From an uncultured Gammaproteobacteria bacterium (GTDB lineage: Bacteria; Pseudomonadota; Gammaproteobacteria; UBA9214): DNA of 64,000 nt. A program made the translations under genes and the position numbers. Below, in pieces: positions 11,425 to 23,932 of the stretch (positions within the stretch are counted from its first letter, which is position 1; the number at the start of each line of letters is the position of its first letter). The stretch lies in the NCBI GenBank assembly GCA_963773065.1, contig CAVYZN010000032.1, positions 256,001 to 320,000 of the forward strand. The letters run 5' to 3'. Under the pieces are notes generated by a model. The model searched no databases. It was not told where the DNA came from and worked only from the letters and a program-made list of their open reading frames with translations.

Positions 11425-12087
11425 ATGTCCAGGGAACGGACACCTATTCATCTGCCAGCCTGCGTGCTGGGTCTTGCCGGGACCGTCCTGGTCTCGAGCG
11501 TTCATGCCGGTACCGTGATATCCGAGGCGCTGTATGACGCCGCCACCACCGACAATGGCAATGTGTTCGTCGAGCTGTTCGGAACCCCGGGGACGGTGCT
11601 CGATGGTCTGTCGCTGGAAGGCGTCAATGGCACGGATGGCAGCGTGTACCTGTCACAGGCCCTGACGGGCGTGATTCCCGGTGACGGGGTCTTCCTCATC
11701 GCCGATGACAGCGGCGACGGGACCACGCTGGTCGGCGATGCGGACCTTGTGCTGGATATCGATTTCCAGAACGGGCCGGATTCCATCGTGCTGCGTAACG
11801 GCGCCGGCATGCTCGATGCCCTGGGTTACGGCGATTTCACCACCAGTGTCTTTGCCGGCGAGGGCAGCGCGGCGCCGGATGCGCCGGCGGGCAGCAGTCT
11901 CGCGCGCCTCGATCCGCTGACGGACAGCAACGATAACCTCAGTGATTTCGCCGTGCTCGGGACGCCGACACCCGGCAGCGTACCGGTGGTGAGCGCCGTG
12001 CCCCTGCCCCCGGCCTTGGGTCTGTTCCTGTCCGGGATAGTTGGACTGTTCGCCGTGTCGCGCAACCGGGCGGGTCCGGCGGTCTGA
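11425..12087 (+). CDS. Secreted lamin-tail-domain protein with VPLPA-CTERM sorting signal
   Basis: SD AAGGAGG; signal peptide ending VHA; VISEALYD..., FVELFG, FQNGPDSIVL, DSNDNLSDF..TPTPG; C-terminal VPLPPALGLFLSGIVGLFAVSRNR. Confidence 0.85.
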   Translation: MSRERTPIHLPACVLGLAGTVLVSSVHAGTVISEALYDAATTDNGNVFVELFGTPGTVLDGLSLEGVNGTDGSVYLSQALTGVIPGDGVFLIADDSGDGTTLVGDADLVLDIDFQNGPDSIVLRNGAGMLDALGYGDFTTSVFAGEGSAAPDAPAGSSLARLDPLTDSNDNLSDFAVLGTPTPGSVPVVSAVPLPPALGLFLSGIVGLFAVSRNRAGPAV

Positions 12088-12096
12088 TGGTCCACG

Positions 12097-12131
12097 CACC
12101 GCAAAGACGTGTACTTCGCGTCTTTGCGGTG
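12097..12131. repeat. Palindromic repeat, ACCGCAAAGACG family, copy 1
   Basis: 13-bp perfect inverted repeat CACCGCAAAGACG-N9-CGTCTTTGCGGTG; related arms at 32036-32209 and 40344-40416. Confidence 0.7.
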
Positions 12132-12200
12132 AGTAATTCACCCGTATTTCCCGGGATGGCTGCGATTCTCATTTGACGGACTGGGAGGGAGTGCGCATGA

Positions 12201-13295
<1,095 letters not shown>

Positions 13296-13317
13296 TAAAT
13301 CCGTTTTCGCTTGTTAG

Positions 13318-15334
<2,017 letters not shown>

Positions 15335-15384
15335 CCATGGCCCAAAACGAAGGCGTTAGTAACTATGAACTCCAGGCGTCGCCC

Positions 15385-16867
15385 TCATCGGGCGACGGTG
15401 TGATGCCGCTTGTCCAGCCGCCGCACGAATTCCTTCATGATGCACAGATACAGTTCATCCTTGAGCACCTTGTCCTCGACCCGTGACTCGATGCTGGGAT
15501 TGTCATTGACTTCGATGACATAGACGCCGTTCGCCGGTCTGCTTGATATCGACGCCGTAAAGGCCGTTGCCGATGGGGTCTGCCGCCTTCAGGGCTACCG
15601 CGACGACTTCCTCGGGTACCGACTCCACCGACCAGGTCTTCCAGCCGCCCATGACGACCTTGCCGCCATCGCCGTAACGCACGATCTGCCAGTGCTTGCG
15701 GGACATGAAATACTGCGAGGCATAGAGCGGCACGCGATTGAGTATGCCGATGCGCCAGTCGAATTCGGTGTACAGGAATTCCTGCGCCAGTATCAGTTCC
15801 GAGGCCTTGAACAGGTGTTCCGTGTATTCGTGCATCTGCTCCGGATTCTCCGCCTTGTACACGCCCTGCGAGAACGAGCCGTCCGGCACCTTGAGCACCA
15901 TCGGATAACCAATCGCCTCTTCCGCCGCCTGCAGGTCGCGCTTGCCGAGGATCACCGTGTTTGGGGTCGGCACCCGGTGCGCGCGCAGCAGCTCGGCGAG
16001 GTAGACCTTGTTGGTGCAGCGCAGGATGGACTGCGGATCATCGATCACCACCATGCCTTCACTCTCGGCCTTCTTGGAGAAACGGTAGGTATAGTGGTTG
16101 ATGCGCGTGGTTTCACGGATGAATAGGGCGTCGTACTCCGCGACCCGCGCGTAATCGCCCCGGTCTATCAGTTCCACGTCGACGCCGAGGGTCTTGCCGG
16201 CCTTGATGAACGAGCTGAGCGCCTTCTCATCCGAGGGCGGCATGGTGTCCTCCGGGTTGTGCAGGATGGCCAGATCGTAACGCGCCAGACTGCGGGTGCG
16301 CGGCAGACGCCAGCGGCGCTGCAGATAGGCGGAGACGGCCTCGATGAAGAACTTCTCGTTGTAATTGTCCAGCTTGTTGACGGACAGCGGCTTGATGGAT
16401 ACCACGTGCCACTTCTCCTGGCGCCGGAACATCACGCGCGTCAGCGGGCAGGGGAACGTCTCGAAGATGTGGCGCGCCAGTTCCGTCAGGCCGGGATAGC
16501 GGCATCGGCCGAAGAACACATCCATCTCGAACAGCGATTCGATGCTGTCCTTGCGGTGCTTGCGCAGGCTCTTCTGCACCAGTTCATCCAGATTGATCGA
16601 CTCCAGGCTGTACATCGCCTTGCTGCTGAGATCCATCATGGTCTTGACGGTTGGAATGATGCGGTGATGGCGCGCCTCGGCGAGCAGGGAGGTGTAGTAC
16701 CCCACGCTCAGGTAGCGGTAGCTGCGGCACAGGTTGATCACCTGCACGCCCTTCAGCTTGAAGTACTCCTGGCCGGTGAGGTAGTCGTCCACGTGCACCA
16801 CGGGGCAGCCTACCTCCATGAAATCGAGGTCGGCCTTGTTTTCCAATACGATCAACTGCTGGGTCAT
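15385..16867 (-). CDS. RimK-like ATP-grasp ligase with RLAN N-terminal domain, frameshift near 15535
   Basis: VINLCRSYRYLSVGYYTSLLAEARHH (RLAN); YDALFIRETT; CTNKVYL; LKVPDGSFSQGV; corrected VIEVNDNPSIE; SD AGGAG. Confidence 0.88.
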
Positions 16868-17164
16868 CTCCTGTCTTCTCCGCCTGGCGCTACGCTTGCG
16901 TATGATCCGTTCCCGACCTGCGTCACCTCCACGTTCACGCGCCGGTGGCGCGAGTGCAGAGGAAGCAGGATTACGGTCTCGTTGCTCCAGCCTCGCACGT
17001 CGAAGCCGCGATGATAGTCCGCCGGCGCGAGTCCGTATACCCCGCAACCCCCGTGGCCGCATTGACAACACGACAGCGCCACGCGCCGCCCGTTTGCCCA
17101 CGAATTTTTCTAACGAGGCATATTTTGCTTGTCCCGCGCGATGGCGGCGGCTCACAATCGCGGC

Positions 17165-18328
17165 ATGAACCACGCCGTTCCCCCGCTGCGGGAGATGCTG
17201 CAACGGCTGATCGGCGCGCCCTCGGTCAGCAGCGTCAGTCCCGAGTTCGACCAGAGCAACCGGGCCGTCATCGACCTCCTGGCCGAGTGGCTGGACGGTC
17301 TGGGTTTCGCCGTCGAGGTCCTGCCGCTTGCCCGTCAGCCGCACAAGGCCAACCTGATCGCCACCCTGGGCCGGGGAGCGGGAGGGCTGGTGCTCGCCGG
17401 CCATACCGACACCGTCCCCTACGATGTCGGGCAGTGGCGCTACGACCCGTTCCGGCTGACCGAGGCCGACAACCGGCTGTACGGGCTCGGCACCTCCGAC
17501 ATGAAGGGCTTTTTCGCCCTGGCCATCGAGGCCGCGCGCCACTGCCGGGCCGGTGAACTGCGGGAGCCGCTGATCATCCTCGCCACCGCCGACGAGGAGA
17601 GTTCCATGGACGGCGCCAAGGACCTGGTGGCGCTCGGGCGCCCCAGGGCGCGTTACGCGCTCATCGGCGAGCCGACCGGACTGCATCCGGTGCACATGCA
17701 TAAGGGCATCATCATGGAAGCCATCCATGTGCACGGCCATGCGGGACATTCCAGCAATCCGCAACTGGGCGCCAATGCGCTGGAGGGCATGCACAAGGTG
17801 CTCGGGGACCTGCTTGCCTGGCGCGGGGAACTGCAGGCAGGCTACCGCGATCCGCGCTTCGCCGTGCCGGTGCCGACGCTCAATCCCGGCTATATCCACG
17901 GCGGGGACAATCCCAACCGGATCTGCGCCCACTGCGAGCTGCACTTCGACCTGCGGGTGCTGCCGGGCATGGATCTCGAGGCGCTGCGCCATGCCCTCGA
18001 TGAACGCCTGGCCGGCCTGCTGGCCGGCAGTTCCCTGCGCGTGGAACGCCGCTCGCTCATCGACGGTACGCCACCCCTGCATACACCCGCCGACTCTCCG
18101 ATCGTGCGGGCGGCCGAGCGCCTCACCGGCCATCCCGCCGAAGCGGTCGCCTTCTGCACCGAGGGTCCGTACCTCAACGCCCTCGGCATGGACAGCATCA
18201 TCCTCGGACCCGGCGACATCGCCCAGGCCCATCAGCCCGACGAGTACCTCGGCCTGGAGCGGATCCAGCCCATGGTCAGGCTGCTGCGCGAACTCATCAC
18301 GCGTTTCTGTGTCCAGCCGGTGCCTTAA
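17165..18328 (+). CDS. argE: Acetylornithine deacetylase (M20)
   Basis: LAGHTDTVP, GLGTSDMKG, TADEES, IGEPT, GHSS, FCTEGP, AHQPDEY. Confidence 0.92.
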   Translation: MNHAVPPLREMLQRLIGAPSVSSVSPEFDQSNRAVIDLLAEWLDGLGFAVEVLPLARQPHKANLIATLGRGAGGLVLAGHTDTVPYDVGQWRYDPFRLTEADNRLYGLGTSDMKGFFALAIEAARHCRAGELREPLIILATADEESSMDGAKDLVALGRPRARYALIGEPTGLHPVHMHKGIIMEAIHVHGHAGHSSNPQLGANALEGMHKVLGDLLAWRGELQAGYRDPRFAVPVPTLNPGYIHGGDNPNRICAHCELHFDLRVLPGMDLEALRHALDERLAGLLAGSSLRVERRSLIDGTPPLHTPADSPIVRAAERLTGHPAEAVAFCTEGPYLNALGMDSIILGPGDIAQAHQPDEYLGLERIQPMVRLLRELITRFCVQPVP

Positions 18329-18342
18329 CCCGAGAGATCTGC

Positions 18343-19122
18343 TCAGGGCTCGAGGGAATACTGCTCACCGCCGAATTTGTAGACCTGGTTGTCTGACGGC
18401 TCGTCAGGCTCCGCGGATTCCGCTGCGCCATTGTTTCTCTTGACCAGGATGTCGTAATAGCCCCCGCTGGTTTGCGGCAGGGTACCCATCTGCCAGGAGC
18501 CGGTCGGCAGGTTCTGCTCCTCATACAGGTAGCCATGCCTTTCGGTTGCGATGGAAAGGACCTTCCGATACTTGCCATCGATCGCCGTGTAGATGTCGAG
18601 AAACGCATCCCACGCCCCGCGCTGGTCGTCGCTCAATTCGATCACGACGCCAAACCTGTCGGGTCCCAGCTCCATTACCCCGATGCTCTCCGGTGGGCTG
18701 CCCCAGTTCCCCGCCGCGATCTCCCCGATACTGCGGACACCGGGCGCCCAGCCGCCCGCGACCGGTTCGAATTCCACCAGGCTCAGACGGGGTGCGCAGT
18801 CACGGCAATCGAAGGGCTCGGGCTTGGTATAGGCGGCCACCAGGTGGCGTTCCCCGCCGGCGTAGGCCAGGCGGTAATAATCATAGATGTAATGATGCAG
18901 GGCCACGCTGCTGTAGGGCTCCATGTCAAAGCCGAAGGCCGCGCCGTCCCCGTGACCGCGCAGCAAGCCGATGACGTAGCGTCCCGCCTCGATGTTATTC
19001 CACTCTCCCGCGATGACCGGCTCCTCTGCATGCCGCTGCGACAGGAAGTACCTCCCGCCGAACAGCAGGAGCAGGCCGGCGATAGCCGCCAGCAACACCC
19101 GAAAACCGTTGAATCTTTTCAT
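18343..19122 (-). CDS. Hypothetical exported/membrane-anchored protein with CxxC
   Basis: N-terminal basic plus hydrophobic anchor MKRFNGFRVLLAAIAGLLLLFGG; FDCRDCAP; GNWGSPP; intact ORF 12 nt after the ECF permease stop. Confidence 0.7.
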   Translation of the reverse strand: MKRFNGFRVLLAAIAGLLLLFGGRYFLSQRHAEEPVIAGEWNNIEAGRYVIGLLRGHGDGAAFGFDMEPYSSVALHHYIYDYYRLAYAGGERHLVAAYTKPEPFDCRDCAPRLSLVEFEPVAGGWAPGVRSIGEIAAGNWGSPPESIGVMELGPDRFGVVIELSDDQRGAWDAFLDIYTAIDGKYRKVLSIATERHGYLYEEQNLPTGSWQMGTLPQTSGGYYDILVKRNNGAAESAEPDEPSDNQVYKFGGEQYSLEP

Positions 19123-19134
19123 GAGCCGTGTGTT

Positions 19135-19801
19135 TTATTTGCCGTGTAAATACCAGCGATCGTGAAACGTCGACACCCAGCGCGGCCGGTAGGCCACCAG
19201 CAGTGTCATGGCCATGCCGTTGAGGAAGCCCTCGCCGAACATCAGCATGGGTATGAACAATCAGGTAGGCCCCGCCGCTCCGGTTCACCGAATCCCCCGG
19301 CGCCAGGGTCAGGATGGCCGCGGCGGCCAGCCCGCACAGCAGTATACCCAGCGCCCCGGCGAGAAAGGCATTCAGAAATACATAGATGAAGAAATTATGC
19401 GTCAGCCAGCGCTGGCTTGCATATAACAGAACGCGGGTAAACAGCACGGGCAAGGCGCCCATCACCAGGGCATTCAGGGCAAACGCCTCCCAGCCGGCCG
19501 GACCTTGCCAGGTCGTGACCAGCAGGACCAGGCTGACCGCCAGCAAGGCAAACTGCCAGTCGAACATCAGGCACAGGGAGGTCACGCCGAGCAGATGATA
19601 ATTATGGCCCGGCGCGATGCCGGCGCGCAGCGTCCACAGCACGGCCACGATGGCCACGGCCGCGAAATAGACATGCGAGGCCTCGTTGTCGGCGAGCTTC
19701 GACCAGGGCGCCGTCAGCAGCGCGCCGGCGAGCAGCAGGCCGTAGAGCAGGGCCGCGCCCCACAGAATGCCTGCGGGCAGCAGGCCGGCTGGAATGTCCA
19801 T
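19135..19801 (-). CDS. Energy-coupling factor (CbiM-like) permease / S component, frameshift near 19258
   Basis: Multi-TM; YHLLGVT; NFFIYVFLNAFLAG; corrected end FGEGFLNGMAMTLLVAYRPRWVSTFHDRWYLHGK*. Confidence 0.8.
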
Positions 19802-20034
19802 AACGAGTCGCAGAACAATCGCATGAGGGTTCAGCCTAGCCTGAACCCTTGGCGAAGAAAAGCTGCCCCGCGGAGGTTTACGCGACGCAGTTTGGCTGCG
19901 ATGCCCGCGAGCGTGCGGCGGCGAAACGGTCAGGCGCCGCGGCGCGGCGTACACGGCGATCACGCGGTCAGGTCAGCGCGGACGAGGATGACGCGGCCAT
20001 ACGCCGCAGGTTCCTGGGTTGCGCCGCCATGCCG

Positions 20035-20346
20035 CTAGGCGGACATGGTCAGATACAGCCTGACTAGCACCACCACAATCGCGATGCCGATCAGACCCAG
20101 CACGATGGTGAGCGCGTGATTTTTCCGCCAGCCCCTGAAAATCCAGTAGCTTTGCAGGCCGGTAAAGCCCGCCGCCGTGCCAATGACCAGCACCATATCC
20201 TTGCGAGGGATTTCCATGGGCAACAGGAAGATGAAGAAGAAGACGAACGCCACTCCCAGAGGAGTCAGTGAGAATATCCAGTCCTCCATTTCCTGTGGGT
20301 TCCTGCTGGTTTTCAACAACTTGTTGAGTTTGCTTTCATTCGCCAT
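20035..20346 (-). CDS. Hypothetical small membrane protein (103 aa, about 3 TM)
   Basis: SD AAGGAG 8 nt before the ATG; three hydrophobic segments; AT-rich promoter region upstream. Confidence 0.75.
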   Translation of the reverse strand: MANESKLNKLLKTSRNPQEMEDWIFSLTPLGVAFVFFFIFLLPMEIPRKDMVLVIGTAAGFTGLQSYWIFRGWRKNHALTIVLGLIGIAIVVVLVRLYLTMSA

Positions 20347-20410
20347 CTGATTGTCTCCTTGATTCAATAGTCAAACAGTCTGAATATTATCAAAAACTAA
20401 TTATATAATG

Positions 20411-20424
20411 TTGACTCAGGTCAA
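20411..20424. promoter_or_regulatory. FNR/CRP-family binding site
   Basis: TTGAC-TCAG-GTCAA palindrome; minus-strand -10-like TAATAT at 20389-20384 gives class II (about -41) spacing. Confidence 0.7.
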
Positions 20425-20599
20425 TTTTCCAGGAGACGGAAGGAGTGGCGGCGTGTCTTCGGCGTCAAGTCTTGAATCCAGGGTCCGGTTTAGGAGAAGG
20501 ATACCGCGGTAGGGGAACGCTCGCTAATCAAGACCTGATCCCATGAACACGCGCCGCGCGGTACTATCGGGAAAACACGCGTGTGTGAACCTTACAGCC

Positions 20600-21222
20600 A
20601 TGACGATCGACGACAAACCCCGCTGCGGCTGGATGGGCGATGACGAGCTGATGCGGCGCTACCATGACGAGGAATGGGGCGTGCCGGTGCACGATGACCG
20701 CAAATGGTTCGAGTACCTCGTGCTCGACGCCTTCCAGGCGGGCCTGTCGTGGAAGACGGTGCTGCACAAGCGGGAAGGCTTCCGCAAGGTGTTCCGCGAT
20801 TTCGATCCCGCGCGCGTGGCGCGCATCTCGCAGAAGCACATCGCCGCGGCCTGCGCCAACCCGGCCATCATCCGCAACCGCCTGAAGATCGAGGCCGCGG
20901 TGAAGCAATGCGCGGGCCTTTATCGATACTGCAGGAGCGCCAGGGTTCCTTCGATGCCTTCATCTGGTCGTTCACCGACGGGGAAATCATCCGCAATGCC
21001 TGGACGGCGCTGGACCAGGTGCCCGCCTCGACACCCCTATCCGACGCCGTCAGCCGGTCGCTGAAGCAAGCGGGCTTCTCCTTCGTCGGCAGCACCATCT
21101 GCTACGCCTTTCTGCAGGCGGGCGGAATCGTCAACGACCACCTCGTGCACTGCTTCCGCCACCGGGAGCTTGGCGGGAAGCGGGAAAGTACCAGGGTCGC
21201 AGGCGACAGTATCCGGTCTTGA
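20600..21222 (+). CDS. tag: DNA-3-methyladenine glycosylase I, frameshift(s) near 20905-20930
   Basis: RCGW, YHDEEWG, FQAGLSWKTVL, IIRNRLKI; FVGSTICYAFLQAGGIVNDHLVHC. Confidence 0.92.
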
Positions 21223-21353
21223 ATGCAGGACACCAGCCGTGTGCTTCGCGCAACGCACCGACATTCGCAGCCGGTTCGCGCTCCGGCTGAGCGCCGGGTA
21301 GGGCGAGTAGCGATTGTCGCCTTGCGTAGCGGGGTCCACCCGCGCGCGGCGCC

Positions 21354-21686
21354 TCACATGCCGCTCAGGTATGACTTGGCCTCTTCCCCGGGGTTGGGCA
21401 GTCCGGCCACCCGCCAGGCAACAAGGCAGTAGCCGAAGAGCTGATTGACCTGCTGTCGCTCGATACCCGCGTCATGACAGACCCGGTGCATGGCGGGCGC
21501 GGCCCCGAGCTTCGCGTAATGCTCGCGCATGGCGCGGATGATCTTCCAGTGCGCCTCGCCGAGCCGGCCGATGCCGGCCTCCTGCGCGAGTGACTCCGCC
21601 AGCGCTTCCGTCCAGGACGTGAAGTCGCGGACCAAGCCGTCTTCGTCAAACAGTTCCGGCTCCGGCATGACAGTTGCAGCGGACAT
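21354..21686 (-). CDS. DsrC/TusE-family protein lacking C-terminal cysteines (RspA type)
   Basis: FDEDG, W..ALA..LA, HWKII..MREHY, VAGLPNPGEEAKSYLSGM; SD GGAGG 8 nt before ATG 21686. Confidence 0.85.
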   Translation of the reverse strand: MSAATVMPEPELFDEDGLVRDFTSWTEALAESLAQEAGIGRLGEAHWKIIRAMREHYAKLGAAPAMHRVCHDAGIERQQVNQLFGYCLVAWRVAGLPNPGEEAKSYLSGM

Positions 21687-21861
21687 ACACATCACCTCCC
21701 TTCTGAGGTTCGACTATTCTCATCGTAGCAGGTATGACGGAAGGCGCACGACTTCCGGTGCAGGTCATGACCACCTCGTAAAATAGGTATTTTTCCCGCA
21801 GACCTTATGTTGAGCCTCAATTGTTTGTCTGAAATACCAACCGTGCTGAGATAACAGCAGC

Positions 21862-22677
21862 TCATTTCTGGCACGCCGGGCAATAGAACGTCGAGCGCTG
21901 TCCCTGGCGGATTTCGCGGATGGGTTGCTGGCATTGGGGGCAGGGTTCGCCGCCGCGGCCGTAGACGCGCAGGTAAGTACCGAAATAACCCGGTTCGCCG
22001 ACGCCGTTGGTGAAGTCGCGCAGCGTGGTGCCGCCGGCGGCGATGGCTTCGTTCAGCACCCGGCGGATGGCGGCGGCGAGTTGATGGTAACGATCGCGGC
22101 CGATGCGCCCGGCGGCGCGCCGCGGGTGGATGCCGGCGAGGTAGAGCGCCTCGTTGGCGTAGATGTTGCCGACGCCGACCACGACGTGGCTGTTCATGAG
22201 GAAGTGCTTCACCGCGACCTTGCGCCCGCGCGCGGCCGTGAACAGGTAGTCGCCGCCGAAGTCCTCGCCCAGCGGTTCCGGGCCGAGGTCGCGCAAGAGC
22301 GGGTGTTCTTCGGGCGCTCGCGTGGTCCACAGCAGGCTGCCGAAGCGGCGCGGGTCCTTAAGGCGCAGGGCGCGCCCGTCGGTGAAGACGATGTCGACAT
22401 GGTCGTGCGTCCCGGGCGGGGCGGCGGCAACGATGAGGCGCAGGCTCCCGGACATGCCGAGGTGCACGAGGGCGGTGCCGGCGGCGGTTTCGAGCAGCAG
22501 GTATTTGCCGCGCCGGCCGACGGCCGCGATGGTCTGGCCGGGGAGTTCCGCGATCAGCTCGCGCGGCACCGGCCAGCGCAGGCGCGGTTCGCGCACGAGG
22601 ACGCGCGCCACGGTGCGGCCGGTGACATGCGGGGCGATGCCGCGGCGGGTGGTTTCGACTTCGGGCAGTTCGGGCAT
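21862..22677 (-). CDS. mutM: Formamidopyrimidine-DNA glycosylase
   Basis: [36 protein letters not shown]; zinc finger CPQC...CPACQ. Confidence 0.97.
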   Translation of the reverse strand: MPELPEVETTRRGIAPHVTGRTVARVLVREPRLRWPVPRELIAELPGQTIAAVGRRGKYLLLETAAGTALVHLGMSGSLRLIVAAAPPGTHDHVDIVFTDGRALRLKDPRRFGSLLWTTRAPEEHPLLRDLGPEPLGEDFGGDYLFTAARGRKVAVKHFLMNSHVVVGVGNIYANEALYLAGIHPRRAAGRIGRDRYHQLAAAIRRVLNEAIAAGGTTLRDFTNGVGEPGYFGTYLRVYGRGGEPCPQCQQPIREIRQGQRSTFYCPACQK

Positions 22678-22737
22678 CGGGCCATGATACAAAGGAAAAC
22701 GCATTACGTTACCTCATCGCTGTGGGAGGCCTCTGCC

Positions 22738-22883
22738 GGGTAACTCCTTTCGTGACACGCTGTGAATACGTCCCTGTACGCTCGATCGGCCGGCAGTCGC
22801 TACGGGCATCCTGCGCTCGACGCGACACTTGCGCATCCCTGTGCATCGTCCCTGCGGCCGACGGTCACGAGAAGGAGTTACCC
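22738..22883. mobile_element. MITE/REPIN-like palindromic element with a nested 53-nt insert
   Basis: Terminal IR GGGTAACTCCTT(C)TCGTGAC at 22738-22756 and 22864-22883; inner IR TCGGCCG...CGGCCGA interrupted by 22796-22848; non-coding. Confidence 0.7.
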
Positions 22884-22957
22884 TGCAGGGGCATAGTCAA
22901 CGTATTACGTTAGACATGACGCGGTGGTCACGTAGCACCGGGGGAGCTGGGATGAAC

Positions 22958-22977
22958 GGTGCGCAGGCGCACCCTAC
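22958..22977 (-). repeat. GTAG-family REP element
   Basis: Minus strand GTAG-GGTGCG-CCTG-CGCACC (GTAG foot plus hairpin). Confidence 0.65.
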
Positions 22978-22990
22978 GGACGGGTGCCGC

Positions 22991-23932
22991 TCAGTGTGCG
23001 GCCGGCGGTTTGACTGGCGCCGCCGGTGGTTGCGCCTCGGGCGCGGCCGCGCCGCCGGCAGGTTCCGCGGCGGGTTCGGGCGTGGGTGGCGGCAGGGTGA
23101 ACAGGCTGTCGGCTTCCGAACCGGGCAACTGGTACTGGATGCCCCAGTCGGGGCGGGCGAGGATGAGATCGGGTTTGCGCGAGACGATGCGCAGCACGAG
23201 CGGCGCATCGCTCCCGCGGGTGCGCACGGTGACCGACTCGCCGGACGCGCCGCCCTCGTAGCGGCGCGTCAGCAGGGCGGTGGCATTCTGCCAGTTCTCG
23301 ATAAGGGTCTGCAGGGCATCGGCGCCAACCGCCTCCTTCGCGGGGTCGAGCCGCCAGTGGCCGTCATCGGAATAGGCCAGGGTCATGTCCGGCAATTCGA
23401 GCCGGGTGATGGCCCCGCGCCCCTCCAGCAACTGGCGGCTGACGAAGTTCGACCAGTCGGCGTTGAGCAGGTGCTGGTACTGGTCGTCGATTAAATAAAC
23501 GCTATCGGCGACCTGGACATACCTTTGGTTTCCCAGCGCATCGGTGGCGCCGAAGCGGAAGTCGACGTTATCCATGACCACGCGCGCCTGGGGCGGCTTA
23601 AGGCCCAGGGAGGCGAGGTCAAGCGACGCGGCCGGATAGTGGCGTGTCGCGGTGGCCTCGAGCAGGCGCAGCAGGGCCTGCACCTGGAAGTCCGCGGCGG
23701 GCAGTTCCCGGTTATCGGCCAGGAGGAACCAGCGGCCGTCGCGTTTGTTGAACTTGAGCGGGTCGCGGCTCAAGCGCTCGACGGCGATGCTGCCGGCACT
23801 CTCCGGCGCGAGCCGGGTGGTGATCGGCAGAGGCACGTCCGCGGGCTTCACGCCGGGCTTGAAATAGGCCACCAGCGCCAGCCCGAGGGCGGCGAGCAGC
23901 AATACCAGGTTGAGCAGGGTGCGCGTCGACAT
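22991..23932 (-). CDS. DUF4340 domain periplasmic protein
   Basis: N-terminal anchor; SLGLKPPQA, FG...RYV repeats; Pro/Ala tail; TGATG-coupled to the GldG-like gene. Confidence 0.82.
   Translation of the reverse strand: MSTRTLLNLVLLLAALGLALVAYFKPGVKPADVPLPITTRLAPESAGSIAVERLSRDPLKFNKRDGRWFLLADNRELPAADFQVQALLRLLEATATRHYPAASLDLASLGLKPPQARVVMDNVDFRFGATDALGNQRYVQVADSVYLIDDQYQHLLNADWSNFVSRQLLEGRGAITRLELPDMTLAYSDDGHWRLDPAKEAVGADALQTLIENWQNATALLTRRYEGGASGESVTVRTRGSDAPLVLRIVSRKPDLILARPDWGIQYQLPGSEADSLFTLPPPTPEPAAEPAGGAAAPEAQPPAAPVKPPAAH

Noticed and set aside
16868-17164. Structured leader or glutamine riboswitch before the RimK-like gene
   Set aside because: No recognisable conserved motif or terminator hairpin; the length fits a divergent promoter region
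15503-18232. 909-aa minus-strand ORF suggesting a giant ATP-grasp fusion
   Set aside because: The first 455 aa are the antisense shadow of argE plus intergenic DNA; the real gene starts at MTQQLIV (16867) with an SD
19802-20034. Cobalamin or NiCo riboswitch upstream of the CbiM-like permease
   Set aside because: No conserved riboswitch motifs seen; only a simple palindrome
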